The position numbers and the translations under genes are program-made. Shown one piece after another: positions 7,243 through 15,833 of a stretch of 20,000 nucleotides of DNA. How positions within the stretch are numbered: position 1 is the stretch's first letter; each line of letters starts with the position of its first letter. The notes beneath the pieces were generated by a model. The model saw nothing but the letters and a program-made list of their open reading frames with translations, had not been told where the DNA came from and did not search any database. The stretch comes from an uncultured virus (IMG/VR IMGVR_UViG_3300032328_000910). Its lineage: Duplodnaviria > Heunggongvirae > Uroviricota > Caudoviricetes > Crassvirales. Location: the IMG/VR virus record IMGVR_UViG_3300032328_000910. One strand, written 5' to 3'.

Positions 7243-7692
7243 ATGAACACATTACAAAAATACTATTCATATATGAATGCTAAAGCCCGTTTAGAAGACG
7301 CTATTAATGAGCGTCGTAAACAATATTTTCTCAAACCACGTAATTCTCGTACTATTGAGCATGGCGGTGTTCCTATTAGCATTCCATTAAAGAGTGCTAA
7401 AGCTAAATACAACGGTTCTCATGCACGTACTATTGAACAAGCTCTTCTTAAACCTTGGTTGTTCGTATTTGTGCCTAAAAGAAAAGATGGCAAATTGTGC
7501 AAAAGTAAAACTAAAATTGCAATCGCACAACCTGATGGTAGTAAAAAAGAACTTGTGCATCCTGCTTTTGACAAAGAAACAAGCTTTTGGAAATTCAACC
7601 CTGTACTTAAAAATGCGGGATACAAAGAGTATCAATTTGAGAAGCCCACTACATTCTCTATTCGTAAACATTTTGAACTTATTTATAAGTAA
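7243..7692 (+). CDS. Hypothetical basic protein (possible nucleic-acid binding)
   Basis: 149-aa Lys/Arg-rich ORF; TAATG overlap with the next gene. Confidence 0.7.
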   Translation: MNTLQKYYSYMNAKARLEDAINERRKQYFLKPRNSRTIEHGGVPISIPLKSAKAKYNGSHARTIEQALLKPWLFVFVPKRKDGKLCKSKTKIAIAQPDGSKKELVHPAFDKETSFWKFNPVLKNAGYKEYQFEKPTTFSIRKHFELIYK

Positions 7693-7994
7693 TGGAACAT
7701 ACCGCTATTGTAGGTATATGTGATGAACATGAACTATCTATGCATGAAGTAAAAATAGATAATGACATCTCGCATGAACTACGTAAAGCCGAACTAATAG
7801 CATTAGCTGTTAAACAACAACTTGAATACAACCATCTTGACGAATTCGCTAAACATGAATTTGACACCGCATATAATGAAGCAATGGAAGAATTTGTTAA
7901 AGATGAAAATCTTTACAAATTTAAACTTGCATTTGAGAATTATTATGACATCGTCATTAGTGACCCTGTTTTCTTTAAAGGTCATACTTATTAA
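7692..7994 (+). CDS. Hypothetical protein, tandem paralog 1
   Basis: Aligns end to end with 7998-8309. Confidence 0.8.
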   Translation: MEHTAIVGICDEHELSMHEVKIDNDISHELRKAELIALAVKQQLEYNHLDEFAKHEFDTAYNEAMEEFVKDENLYKFKLAFENYYDIVISDPVFFKGHTY

Positions 7995-7997
7995 ATC

Positions 7998-8309
7998 ATG
8001 GAACATACATTTGTTGTTGGTATTCTCAAATACAAACCGCTTTTAGGTAAAGTTACATTACATCAAATAAAAATTGTTAAGAACGGTACTCCCGACAATT
8101 GGGAAAATGCAATAGCAGTGAAATTGGCGGTAAAAGAATGGTTAGATTTTGATAACCGTTCAACTAAAGATAAAGAAGATTTTAAAGAAATCTTTGAACT
8201 TGCTAAAGAGCAATTTATTGAAGATAATGATATTAACGAATTTATAAAAGCATTTGAGTATTTATATGATGCTCGAATTAGCTTGCCTTTATTAGTTAAT
8301 AGTAAATAA
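7998..8309 (+). CDS. Hypothetical protein, tandem paralog 2
   Basis: MEHT..VGI, AVK..L, F..D.....F..AFE..YD..IS.P shared with 7692-7994. Confidence 0.8.
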   Translation: MEHTFVVGILKYKPLLGKVTLHQIKIVKNGTPDNWENAIAVKLAVKEWLDFDNRSTKDKEDFKEIFELAKEQFIEDNDINEFIKAFEYLYDARISLPLLVNSK

Positions 8310-8436
8310 AAACCAATCGAAATGCCCACTAAACAAGTTAAAGTTCTTGTACCTACAGAAATGTAGGTGGGTGTCTACGGATATGCACTATGCCGTATTG
8401 ATAAGAATGTGCAATTATTAACCAAAACTTATAACA

Positions 8437-9018
8437 ATGAAAACATCGTGGAAAGAAACAATTAAAATAATCCTGTTCTTTATGACATGGGCAGCAACCA
8501 ATGTAAGCATCATTTGGTACACTCATACACATCCACATATTAGTATTGTGGAGAAAGAGAAAATTGTTACTGTTATTGACACTATTGTTAAAACTCAAAT
8601 TGTTTACCGTGATACTTCAGATAGCCAATTTTTTAAGGCTATTCTTGAAATCGAAAGTGGAACTATCACAATGTTTGAAAAAGATAGTACTTATCTCGAC
8701 AAACAAATCTCTGCCGAGCACGGTAGAGGTAAAGGTCACCTTGGCATCTATGAAGTCTGTGTACGTGGTACTGGATTTCATAAGGTATTAGGTTACACTC
8801 ATGATGATATGTTTGAGCTTGAAAAAAGTTCTCATGTATTCTGGGCGATGATGGGTATTTTTGTAGATAGATTTTCACGTAAGTATGGACGTTATCCTAC
8901 ACGTGAAGAACTATCTCGTATGTGGAGCGGTGGTCCAGACGGACATAAAAAGAAATCTACTAAACGTTACGAAACTAAATTTAAAAAACTATATGCTAGT
9001 ATTCGTAACGAACGATAA
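8437..9018 (+). CDS. Lysozyme-like / lytic transglycosylase-fold muralytic enzyme with an N-terminal membrane anchor
   Basis: Hydrophobic IILFFMTWAATNVSIIW segment; catalytic-type ILEIESG; GHLGI; RMWSGGPDG (cf. WNGGP of destabilase/i-type lysozyme-like proteins). Confidence 0.7.
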   Translation: MKTSWKETIKIILFFMTWAATNVSIIWYTHTHPHISIVEKEKIVTVIDTIVKTQIVYRDTSDSQFFKAILEIESGTITMFEKDSTYLDKQISAEHGRGKGHLGIYEVCVRGTGFHKVLGYTHDDMFELEKSSHVFWAMMGIFVDRFSRKYGRYPTREELSRMWSGGPDGHKKKSTKRYETKFKKLYASIRNER

Positions 9019-11620
9019 TAATCGTCATAAATTCAGCGGTATTAACTTAGCTGTCCATCAGTGTAAAACTATGTTTAATGAATTCATTAAAGAAAACAAT
9101 AACGATTTTATTGGCATTGACTTTGAAACTACTGGTCTTGATGCGTTAGTACATCACCCACTACTCATTGCAATTGGTAATGCAAAAGACCAATTTGTAA
9201 TTGATTGTACGACTGTTAATGTCGAACGTTTTTTGGATATGGAAATGAATATGATAAATCATAACTGTAAGTTTGATTTAAAGTATTTTAAAGTACATTA
9301 CCCTGAAGTTCGCATTAAAGAAATCTATGATACTATGATTATGGAACAAAAATTGTTTCAAAATACAAGTCGTAGATTTAGCCTTGATAATCTTGTACTT
9401 AGATATACAGGTGGCGTTCCTGCTGAAATGATAAAAACAACTCGACTTGAATTTGTTAATGCAAATCCGAATACAGTTATTTTTACTGATAAGCAAATTA
9501 ATTATGCCGCTACTGATGTAAAACATCTGCACGATATCAGAGATAAACAAGTTGCAATGGCTAAAAGTAATGGTCAACTCGAATGGATGATGAACGTAGA
9601 GTTCCCACTAATTGAAGTTTTAGCTACAATGGAATTAACAGGTTTTAATCTGGATGTACCTGCGCTTAAAGCTATCATTAAGAAAAATCATCAAATTAAG
9701 TTTGATACTGCCATTGCTTTAGATGAAGAAGTTCGTTATCTACGTGACACGTTGTTGCCTGAAAATGAACGTATCTATCTTAAGCATGGTAAATACGACC
9801 GTGAACGTCGTAATGACGTTAAACCTGAATACGTCGGTTTATTTGGTGAAATGAGTGAGTTTGATTATTTCAAGCCTTCTAAAGCTAAAGTTAAGATTGA
9901 CAAAAAAACTCGCACTGTTAAGTTTGATGATAATATTGGTAATATTAATTGGGGTAGTCCTGATGATATTATGGAAATTTTTGCCAAACTAAAGCAGCCT
10001 CTTCCATTACAGGGAGAGATTGCTAAAAAGTATGGGTATCTTATCCCTGTAATAAAGAATGGTAAACTGCTCAAACATTTAGGTATAAATGCCAATGGTG
10101 AGCAAGTTACAATTACTGGTAGTAGTACTCAAGGAGAAGGTTTTACAATTGGTAAAAAAGCTTTCATAAAATATTTCATTGACAATCCGCATACACCTAT
10201 GCGTAAGTTAATAAAACTACTTGAAACTTATACCAAAGCGAGCCATGAAATTAGTAGCTTTGGTGAAAATTTCATAAACAATCTCAATCCGCGTACAAAT
10301 AGAATCCATACTGCAATTCGTCAATGCGAATCTGTAAATGGACGTTTGCAATCAGGTGGAGGTAAATTGGAAAGCGACAAAGTAAATCTTCAAAACATTC
10401 CACGCTTGAAAGAGTTTAGACAGTTGTTTTATGGTACTAAAGGAAATAGTGTTATCACTTGTGACCTTACTGGTGCTGAAGTTACATTTATGTGTGACAT
10501 GGCAAACGATGAAACTCTATATGAATGGGCTGTTGTAAATGACGATAGTCATAGTCCAATGGTGCAAAATGTATGGCGTACTATATTTGAGTATCGTGCA
10601 GGTCTTGAAGCTGGTTATTGGGAAAACGCGTACAAATTCTTTAACAAGCGTAATAAAGATAACTTTCTAAAGATGCTTTCACACCCCAATGCAGAAGTGC
10701 GTAAACTTGTTGACTTAGCTATTAACTTTAAAGTTAATAAAAAAGAAAACACAGCTTATCGTGTAGCTGGTAAAAATGGTACGTTTGGAGGTATATATGG
10801 AATGAAAGCTCGTAAAGCGCAAGAAACTTTTAACGGTACTGATATTGAGTTAGCTAAAGCTGACCCTAATTTTAAGCCTGTTAATGTTACTCTCGAAGAA
10901 GGAAAGGTTATTTTGTATGCGCAAAAACGTGCTATTCCTAAAACTTTTGCTATGGTTGAACGTAACGTTCAACTTGCATTTAAACAAGGATATCTCGTTC
11001 TTAACGACCGTAGTAATAGCCGTATTTGGTTTGAAGGTGTTATTAATATGTTCAAATTTATTAATTCTGAATATGGCGATAACGTTTCTATTGAATATGA
11101 TGGTAACAACTCATACAATGTTCGAGATAGTGATGACGAATACATTGGTAGTGAAGAACTTGATTGGAATATTGCAAAAGACCTTGATGGTCAAGCTCGT
11201 AATGTTCCGATTAGTGGAACTCAAGCTGATTGTGTCAAAGAAGCTATGGTCATTATAGACAAAGCTATTAAAAGTCATAATCTCACCGATAAATGTTTCT
11301 TACTGTCCCAAGTACACGATGAACTTGTTTACGATTGTCCTAAATACCTCGACGGTCAAAGTCAAGAATGGATTGATAATCGAAATGGTGTCGGGCACGG
11401 TTTTGTTTACAAAGCTGACCCTGATGACGATTTGTACAAAATTGCAGAACAAGGTGGTATTCATATTATAGGAGAACCTTATGACCTTAGTGGTAATAGG
11501 TATCTTGATATGAGTTTCGCTTATTTCATTAAATGTATGCTAATCAAAGCAGCGAATCGTTTCTTAAAGAACGTAAAGATGCAAGCGTCAATCGAGATAC
11601 ATGACACATGGACGAAATAA
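8993..11620 (+). CDS. polA: Family A DNA polymerase with 3'-5' exonuclease and no 5' nuclease domain
   Basis: ExoI DFETTG, ExoII HNCKFD, ExoIII YAATD; NGRLQS, NLQNIP, motif A DLTGAE, motif B RVAGKNGTFGGIYG, motif C QVHDE. Start 8993 preferred over 8885. Confidence 0.95.
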   Translation: MLVFVTNDNNRHKFSGINLAVHQCKTMFNEFIKENNNDFIGIDFETTGLDALVHHPLLIAIGNAKDQFVIDCTTVNVERFLDMEMNMINHNCKFDLKYFKVHYPEVRIKEIYDTMIMEQKLFQNTSRRFSLDNLVLRYTGGVPAEMIKTTRLEFVNANPNTVIFTDKQINYAATDVKHLHDIRDKQVAMAKSNGQLEWMMNVEFPLIEVLATMELTGFNLDVPALKAIIKKNHQIKFDTAIALDEEVRYLRDTLLPENERIYLKHGKYDRERRNDVKPEYVGLFGEMSEFDYFKPSKAKVKIDKKTRTVKFDDNIGNINWGSPDDIMEIFAKLKQPLPLQGEIAKKYGYLIPVIKNGKLLKHLGINANGEQVTITGSSTQGEGFTIGKKAFIKYFIDNPHTPMRKLIKLLETYTKASHEISSFGENFINNLNPRTNRIHTAIRQCESVNGRLQSGGGKLESDKVNLQNIPRLKEFRQLFYGTKGNSVITCDLTGAEVTFMCDMANDETLYEWAVVNDDSHSPMVQNVWRTIFEYRAGLEAGYWENAYKFFNKRNKDNFLKMLSHPNAEVRKLVDLAINFKVNKKENTAYRVAGKNGTFGGIYGMKARKAQETFNGTDIELAKADPNFKPVNVTLEEGKVILYAQKRAIPKTFAMVERNVQLAFKQGYLVLNDRSNSRIWFEGVINMFKFINSEYGDNVSIEYDGNNSYNVRDSDDEYIGSEELDWNIAKDLDGQARNVPISGTQADCVKEAMVIIDKAIKSHNLTDKCFLLSQVHDELVYDCPKYLDGQSQEWIDNRNGVGHGFVYKADPDDDLYKIAEQGGIHIIGEPYDLSGNRYLDMSFAYFIKCMLIKAANRFLKNVKMQASIEIHDTWTK

Positions 11621-11634
11621 AAATTGTTTAAAAT

Positions 11635-13077
11635 ATGGAAAAAACTGAAAGACAAAGTATAGGTGCTAATAAGTGGCGTGATAATAAAGGTAAAGGACTT
11701 GTAGTTCAACCTACGGGTTTTGGAAAAACTATCGGAACGATACGCCAAATTGTAGTCCCTATGCTACAAAAAGCACCCTACAAGATTTTAATATTAGTGC
11801 ATCGTACTAAGTTATTAGAACAATGGAAAAGTCGCTTAGACGCGGAAATAAGCCCTAAATTTCGGGGCATGGTTCGCGTTGAAACGGTGCAATGGTATAT
11901 AACTAATAATGCTATTGATGCTGTTGATTTACTTGTAGTTGATGAAATACATAAGTTTTACAGTGAAGATTACATTGAATATATTAATGGTAATAAAATT
12001 AAGTTTAAGTTTAATCTTGGACTTACAGCTACGCCATACGACAAATATAAACGATGGAAACTACTTGAAACTATATATCCGATTGTCGATGAAATTACAC
12101 AAGAAGAAGCTATCCGCGAAGGTTGGGTTAGTAACTTCATTGAGTTTAATGTTCCTGTCGCTCTGACAGATGAAGAAATTGAATTGTACAAAGAAGCTGT
12201 TGAAACTGTAGTTGCTGGAGAGTCTAAATTTGACTGTCAAGGTAAATTAGCTATCGACCGTGCTACTAAAGTACTGTACGGTGGCGAAAATAACGAAGGC
12301 GTTCGAGTTACAGGTATCGCATGGGCGACTATGTGGGCTAAGTATAAAGGTTGGAATGCAGAACTCGCTAAAGATGACCCTATTAATCAGCTTTGGAATC
12401 CGCATAAAATTATAGGATATGCCAAGATGATTTTTACAGGGTACAGAGATAGAGATGCTATTCTTAACCATTGTAAATCTAAATACGAAGCTACGATAGC
12501 ATTGCTAAGAAAGTTTAAAGACTTGAAAGCGATGTGTTTCTCTGAAAGTACCGTCTTTGCAGACGACCTTAAAGATAAATATCGCAGGCAATACCAAGAT
12601 GATAAAATGGTTGTATACCATTCTCAGCTTCCATCTACCTATATGAAAGATAGTTTAGGTAACTGGATTACTTACAAAACAGGTAAGAAAGCCGGAGAGC
12701 GTAAGCTATTTGGTAATACTACAATAAAAGAAGCTGTAATGTCGCAGTTTCTTAGTAACGAAGCAAGAATACTTAGTACTGCGCGTATCCTCGATGAAGG
12801 ATTTGATTGTGAAGATATTCGACTTGGTATTATTACAAGTAGAACATCTAATTATAATCAACAAACTCAAAGAGGTGGGCGTATAAAACGAATAATCCCT
12901 ACCACACCGAAGGACGTAATGATGATAGTAAATTTGTACGTGGCAAACACAGAGGATGAACGCAGGCTCAATCAAGCCCAATCCCAATATACCCATAGGG
13001 TTATACCCGTACAAAGTGTTGAAAACGTTAATTTCGATGCGATTGGTGATGATGAAATATCTAATAACGATTTATAA
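11635..13077 (+). CDS. Superfamily 2 DExH helicase (UvsW/XPB/SSL2-like)
   Basis: PTGFGKT, VDEIH, GLTAT, ILDEGFD, QRGGR. Confidence 0.9.
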   Translation: MEKTERQSIGANKWRDNKGKGLVVQPTGFGKTIGTIRQIVVPMLQKAPYKILILVHRTKLLEQWKSRLDAEISPKFRGMVRVETVQWYITNNAIDAVDLLVVDEIHKFYSEDYIEYINGNKIKFKFNLGLTATPYDKYKRWKLLETIYPIVDEITQEEAIREGWVSNFIEFNVPVALTDEEIELYKEAVETVVAGESKFDCQGKLAIDRATKVLYGGENNEGVRVTGIAWATMWAKYKGWNAELAKDDPINQLWNPHKIIGYAKMIFTGYRDRDAILNHCKSKYEATIALLRKFKDLKAMCFSESTVFADDLKDKYRRQYQDDKMVVYHSQLPSTYMKDSLGNWITYKTGKKAGERKLFGNTTIKEAVMSQFLSNEARILSTARILDEGFDCEDIRLGIITSRTSNYNQQTQRGGRIKRIIPTTPKDVMMIVNLYVANTEDERRLNQAQSQYTHRVIPVQSVENVNFDAIGDDEISNNDL

Positions 13078-13085
13078 ATCTCACT

Positions 13086-13634
13086 ATGTTTATCAATGTT
13101 AATGAGTATGTAAAATTCCTCACAAAGCACAAGTTGACGCCGGGGCAGTTCCTCGCGTTGTACCTACTACACATTAAGAAACCTAAACTTATTACCGCAT
13201 ATAGAGATGCGTTAGGTGCTAGTGTTATCAGTCCCGAAGAAAAAGACGACCTGTTTAAACGTGGTTATATGATTGAGGAAAGGAATAATATTCGTGTTAC
13301 TGAAAAGTTTAGCATGGAATTTATAAGTAACTACGACGCTGCTAATGAAGCGTGGGATGCTTATCCTGCGTATTCTATTAGTAACGGTAATACTTATCCT
13401 CTGAAGAATATGAGCATAACTGTATTTGCTGATTTGTATGAAAAAGTTCATAAAGGCGTTCCAGACGAGCATCATCAATTCGTTGAAGATGTAAAGTATG
13501 GCGTTATGCAAGGACTTATTAAAGTCAAGCTATTTAACTTTATGGAAAGCCGTGCGTGGGTAGATTTACGTAAAATGCGTAATACTGCTAATGGGGGCGA
13601 TACTCAATCAAAACCAAGTCACAATGAGTTTTAG
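13086..13634 (+). CDS. Putative helicase loader or replication initiator-like protein
   Basis: N-terminal HTH-like segment (KLTPGQFLALYLL), WDAYP motif like the FWxxYP of phage replication proteins, and overlap with the DnaB start. Function is inferred from position. Confidence 0.5.
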   Translation: MFINVNEYVKFLTKHKLTPGQFLALYLLHIKKPKLITAYRDALGASVISPEEKDDLFKRGYMIEERNNIRVTEKFSMEFISNYDAANEAWDAYPAYSISNGNTYPLKNMSITVFADLYEKVHKGVPDEHHQFVEDVKYGVMQGLIKVKLFNFMESRAWVDLRKMRNTANGGDTQSKPSHNEF

Positions 13635-14790
13635 AGATTTTAGTGCAAAGCTAATCCAAACGCGTTCAGCAATAGAGTCTGCAAAACAGATGATATTAGA
13701 TGAACGTAGTGGTGAACAATTAGGTCTATATAGTCCTTGGCATAAGTTTAATCGTGCAATGCTAAAGTATTGTAGATTTAACCAAGTGACTATGATTGCA
13801 GGTATGAGTGGAAGTGGTAAAAGTTTTATATTGAATATGATACGTCAAGCATTTCTCGACTATGAAGATTGGGCTATCGAAGATAGTGACAATATATATC
13901 TTGGTCGTGAAGTGATTGATTTATATTACTCGAAAAAAACTGACAGTTACATTCCCTGTAATAAAGAAGAAGGGAACGCCTTATTGTTTCCTGAATCTGG
14001 ACTTATTAGACGTAATGATGACGATTATCTACATCATAGAGCTGTGAATAGAAATTGTAAGTTTAATACAGTTCTCGTTCACTTTGGCTATGAAATGTCC
14101 CCCGAAGATGAATTGCTTAGAAGTGCATCTACCATTATGGGTGCAAGTTTCGGTTATATTATGAGTAGTGAAATAGTTGAAGGTGAAAATAGTTCACAAG
14201 CGTACAACCGAATAACTGACAGTGAATATCAAACTATTAGTAACATTCTTGATACTTTTGATAACAGAAAGGAATATTATGTTCCAATCTCCCTTAACAT
14301 TCAAGAGATGAAGAAAGTAGTTGAATATGTCGCTGAAGTTAATCCTACCGCTAAGATTATTATTACACTTGACCATACACTTCTTAGTAAGAAACTGGAT
14401 GAAAAAGATGATATGGAACTGCAAGCAGCGATAGCTGAAGTTGTACTTGAGCTTAGACAACGATATGGTGCTCTAATTATTATTCTGAATCAATTGAATC
14501 AAAATATAGAACGCCCTGAACGTAGAGAAAAGCCTGTACTTCATTATCCTGTTAAAAGTGATATTCATCTTGGTGCTCAAATTTGGTGGGCGTGTGACAA
14601 TGTATTTGTATTTCATAGACCTAAACTACTTGGTATTATGGAATACGGTCCAGAAAAACTAAAGACTGATAAGCTCATTCATTGTGCAGCTATTAAATCA
14701 CGTCGTGGTAGAACTGGAGATATCTTCTTTGAAGAAGACTTTATACATGGTCGTATGCATGAACGTGCTGCTATTGATTTTCGCAAATAA
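13624..14790 (+). CDS. dnaB: DnaB-like replicative helicase (SF4 ATPase domain)
   Basis: H1 IAGMSGSGKS, H1a FGYEMS, H2 TLDH, H3 LNQLNQ, H4 SDI...DNVFVFHRP, arginine finger IKSRRG. Confidence 0.9.
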   Translation: MSFRDFSAKLIQTRSAIESAKQMILDERSGEQLGLYSPWHKFNRAMLKYCRFNQVTMIAGMSGSGKSFILNMIRQAFLDYEDWAIEDSDNIYLGREVIDLYYSKKTDSYIPCNKEEGNALLFPESGLIRRNDDDYLHHRAVNRNCKFNTVLVHFGYEMSPEDELLRSASTIMGASFGYIMSSEIVEGENSSQAYNRITDSEYQTISNILDTFDNRKEYYVPISLNIQEMKKVVEYVAEVNPTAKIIITLDHTLLSKKLDEKDDMELQAAIAEVVLELRQRYGALIIILNQLNQNIERPERREKPVLHYPVKSDIHLGAQIWWACDNVFVFHRPKLLGIMEYGPEKLKTDKLIHCAAIKSRRGRTGDIFFEEDFIHGRMHERAAIDFRK

Positions 14791-14834
14791 TGCAAATAAT
14801 TTTCAATTTGTAGCTAAAATAAAAGATGCTATAT

Positions 14835-14869
14835 TTTGATATTTAGAACATTTTATCTATCTTTACAGT
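14835..14869 (+). promoter_or_regulatory. Bacteroidota sigma-type promoter TTTG-N19-TATCTTTA, probably giving a leaderless mRNA
   Basis: TTTG at 14835-14838, 19-nt spacer, TATCTTTA at 14858-14865 (consensus TTTG-N19-21-TAnnTTTG), ATG at 14870. Confidence 0.6.
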
Positions 14870-15715
14870 ATGGAATTAAAGGAACAAAAAGAATTAACAA
14901 CGGCAAATCAATACGGAGTTCAAAGCATTGAACGTATGTTTGAAATTGCAGAACACCTTGTTAAATCGCAAATGTGTCCATTTAAAAAACCCGAAGACGT
15001 TGTGCTTGTTATGCAAGCTGGTAACGAACTTGGTATTGGATATATACAAGCGATTGGCAACCTTTATCCAATCAACGGTAGGGTTACAATGGGTGTTCAC
15101 CTACGCAGCGCACTTATAGGTGCAGAAAAGAACATTAGTATTAGTGTAATTGAAGACTTTGTTAAAGTTTATTACTTTAAAGCTAAAGGTGGTTACGAGT
15201 TAGAACTCACTGCTGACGAGCTTAAAGAAGGTATTCTTAATGACAAATATCAAATCATTACAGTTGATACTCTACCTGCCGATTATGTTGCAAGTAAAAT
15301 TCAACTATTTAAGATTGATGCGCCGTATATGCCTACCGATATGGATGACAGGCGAACTACGATTGAGTTTAATCTTAAAGACAAAGGAATTAAGGAACGA
15401 GTTACTTATTATCTTCATGAAGCAGTTCAAGCTGGACTTCCGGTTAATAATCCTAATACATGGGTAAAATACACCAGAGCTATGGTCTACAAAAGCTGTT
15501 TCAATCGTGGTAGTGATAGATATTGTTCTAACATTCTCAAAGGTATTAAAGATACGGGCGAGATGTTAGATGCGACTAAAGCTACTTACGGGATTGATGA
15601 TAATGGAGAAGTTGTTTCTGTAAATGGTAAACCATTCAAAGTTGCGGATGATATGGCTGATTTCAGTTATGAAGACGTTACTGATGATAAAGATACTAAC
15701 CTTGGGGAAGGTTGA
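14870..15715 (+). CDS. RecT/Red-beta-like single-strand annealing protein
   Basis: LVKSQMCP..KPED......GNELGI...QAI..LYPINGR and WVKYTRAM match the RecT-family pattern; acidic tail. Confidence 0.75.
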   Translation: MELKEQKELTTANQYGVQSIERMFEIAEHLVKSQMCPFKKPEDVVLVMQAGNELGIGYIQAIGNLYPINGRVTMGVHLRSALIGAEKNISISVIEDFVKVYYFKAKGGYELELTADELKEGILNDKYQIITVDTLPADYVASKIQLFKIDAPYMPTDMDDRRTTIEFNLKDKGIKERVTYYLHEAVQAGLPVNNPNTWVKYTRAMVYKSCFNRGSDRYCSNILKGIKDTGEMLDATKATYGIDDNGEVVSVNGKPFKVADDMADFSYEDVTDDKDTNLGEG

Positions 15716-15733
15716 TTTTAGAGTGTTTAGTTA

Positions 15734-15767
15734 GGCGGCAGTCGTAAGCCATGCGGCTGCCGTTTTT
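15734..15767 (+). terminator. Rho-independent terminator
   Basis: GGCGGCAGTCGTA-AGCCA-TGCGGCTGCCGTT followed by a T run. Confidence 0.85.
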
Positions 15768-15833
15768 AATCAAAAAGTTACTCAATTTATTTATACTATT
15801 ATTCATTTTTTTAATTTAAAAACAACAGTTATT

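Noticed and set aside
8322..8397. Hammerhead ribozyme or tRNA
   Set aside because: Lacks the CUGANGA core and any tRNA T-loop or cloverleaf.
8993..11620. Group I intron or intein interrupting the polymerase
   Set aside because: The reading frame is continuous with all motifs in order, and no splicing or homing-endonuclease motifs are visible.
13858..14058. Mini-intein in DnaB (insert ends near ...NRN-C)
   Set aside because: Far shorter than minimal inteins, with no N-terminal Cys/Ser block, no TxxH and no His-Asn terminus.
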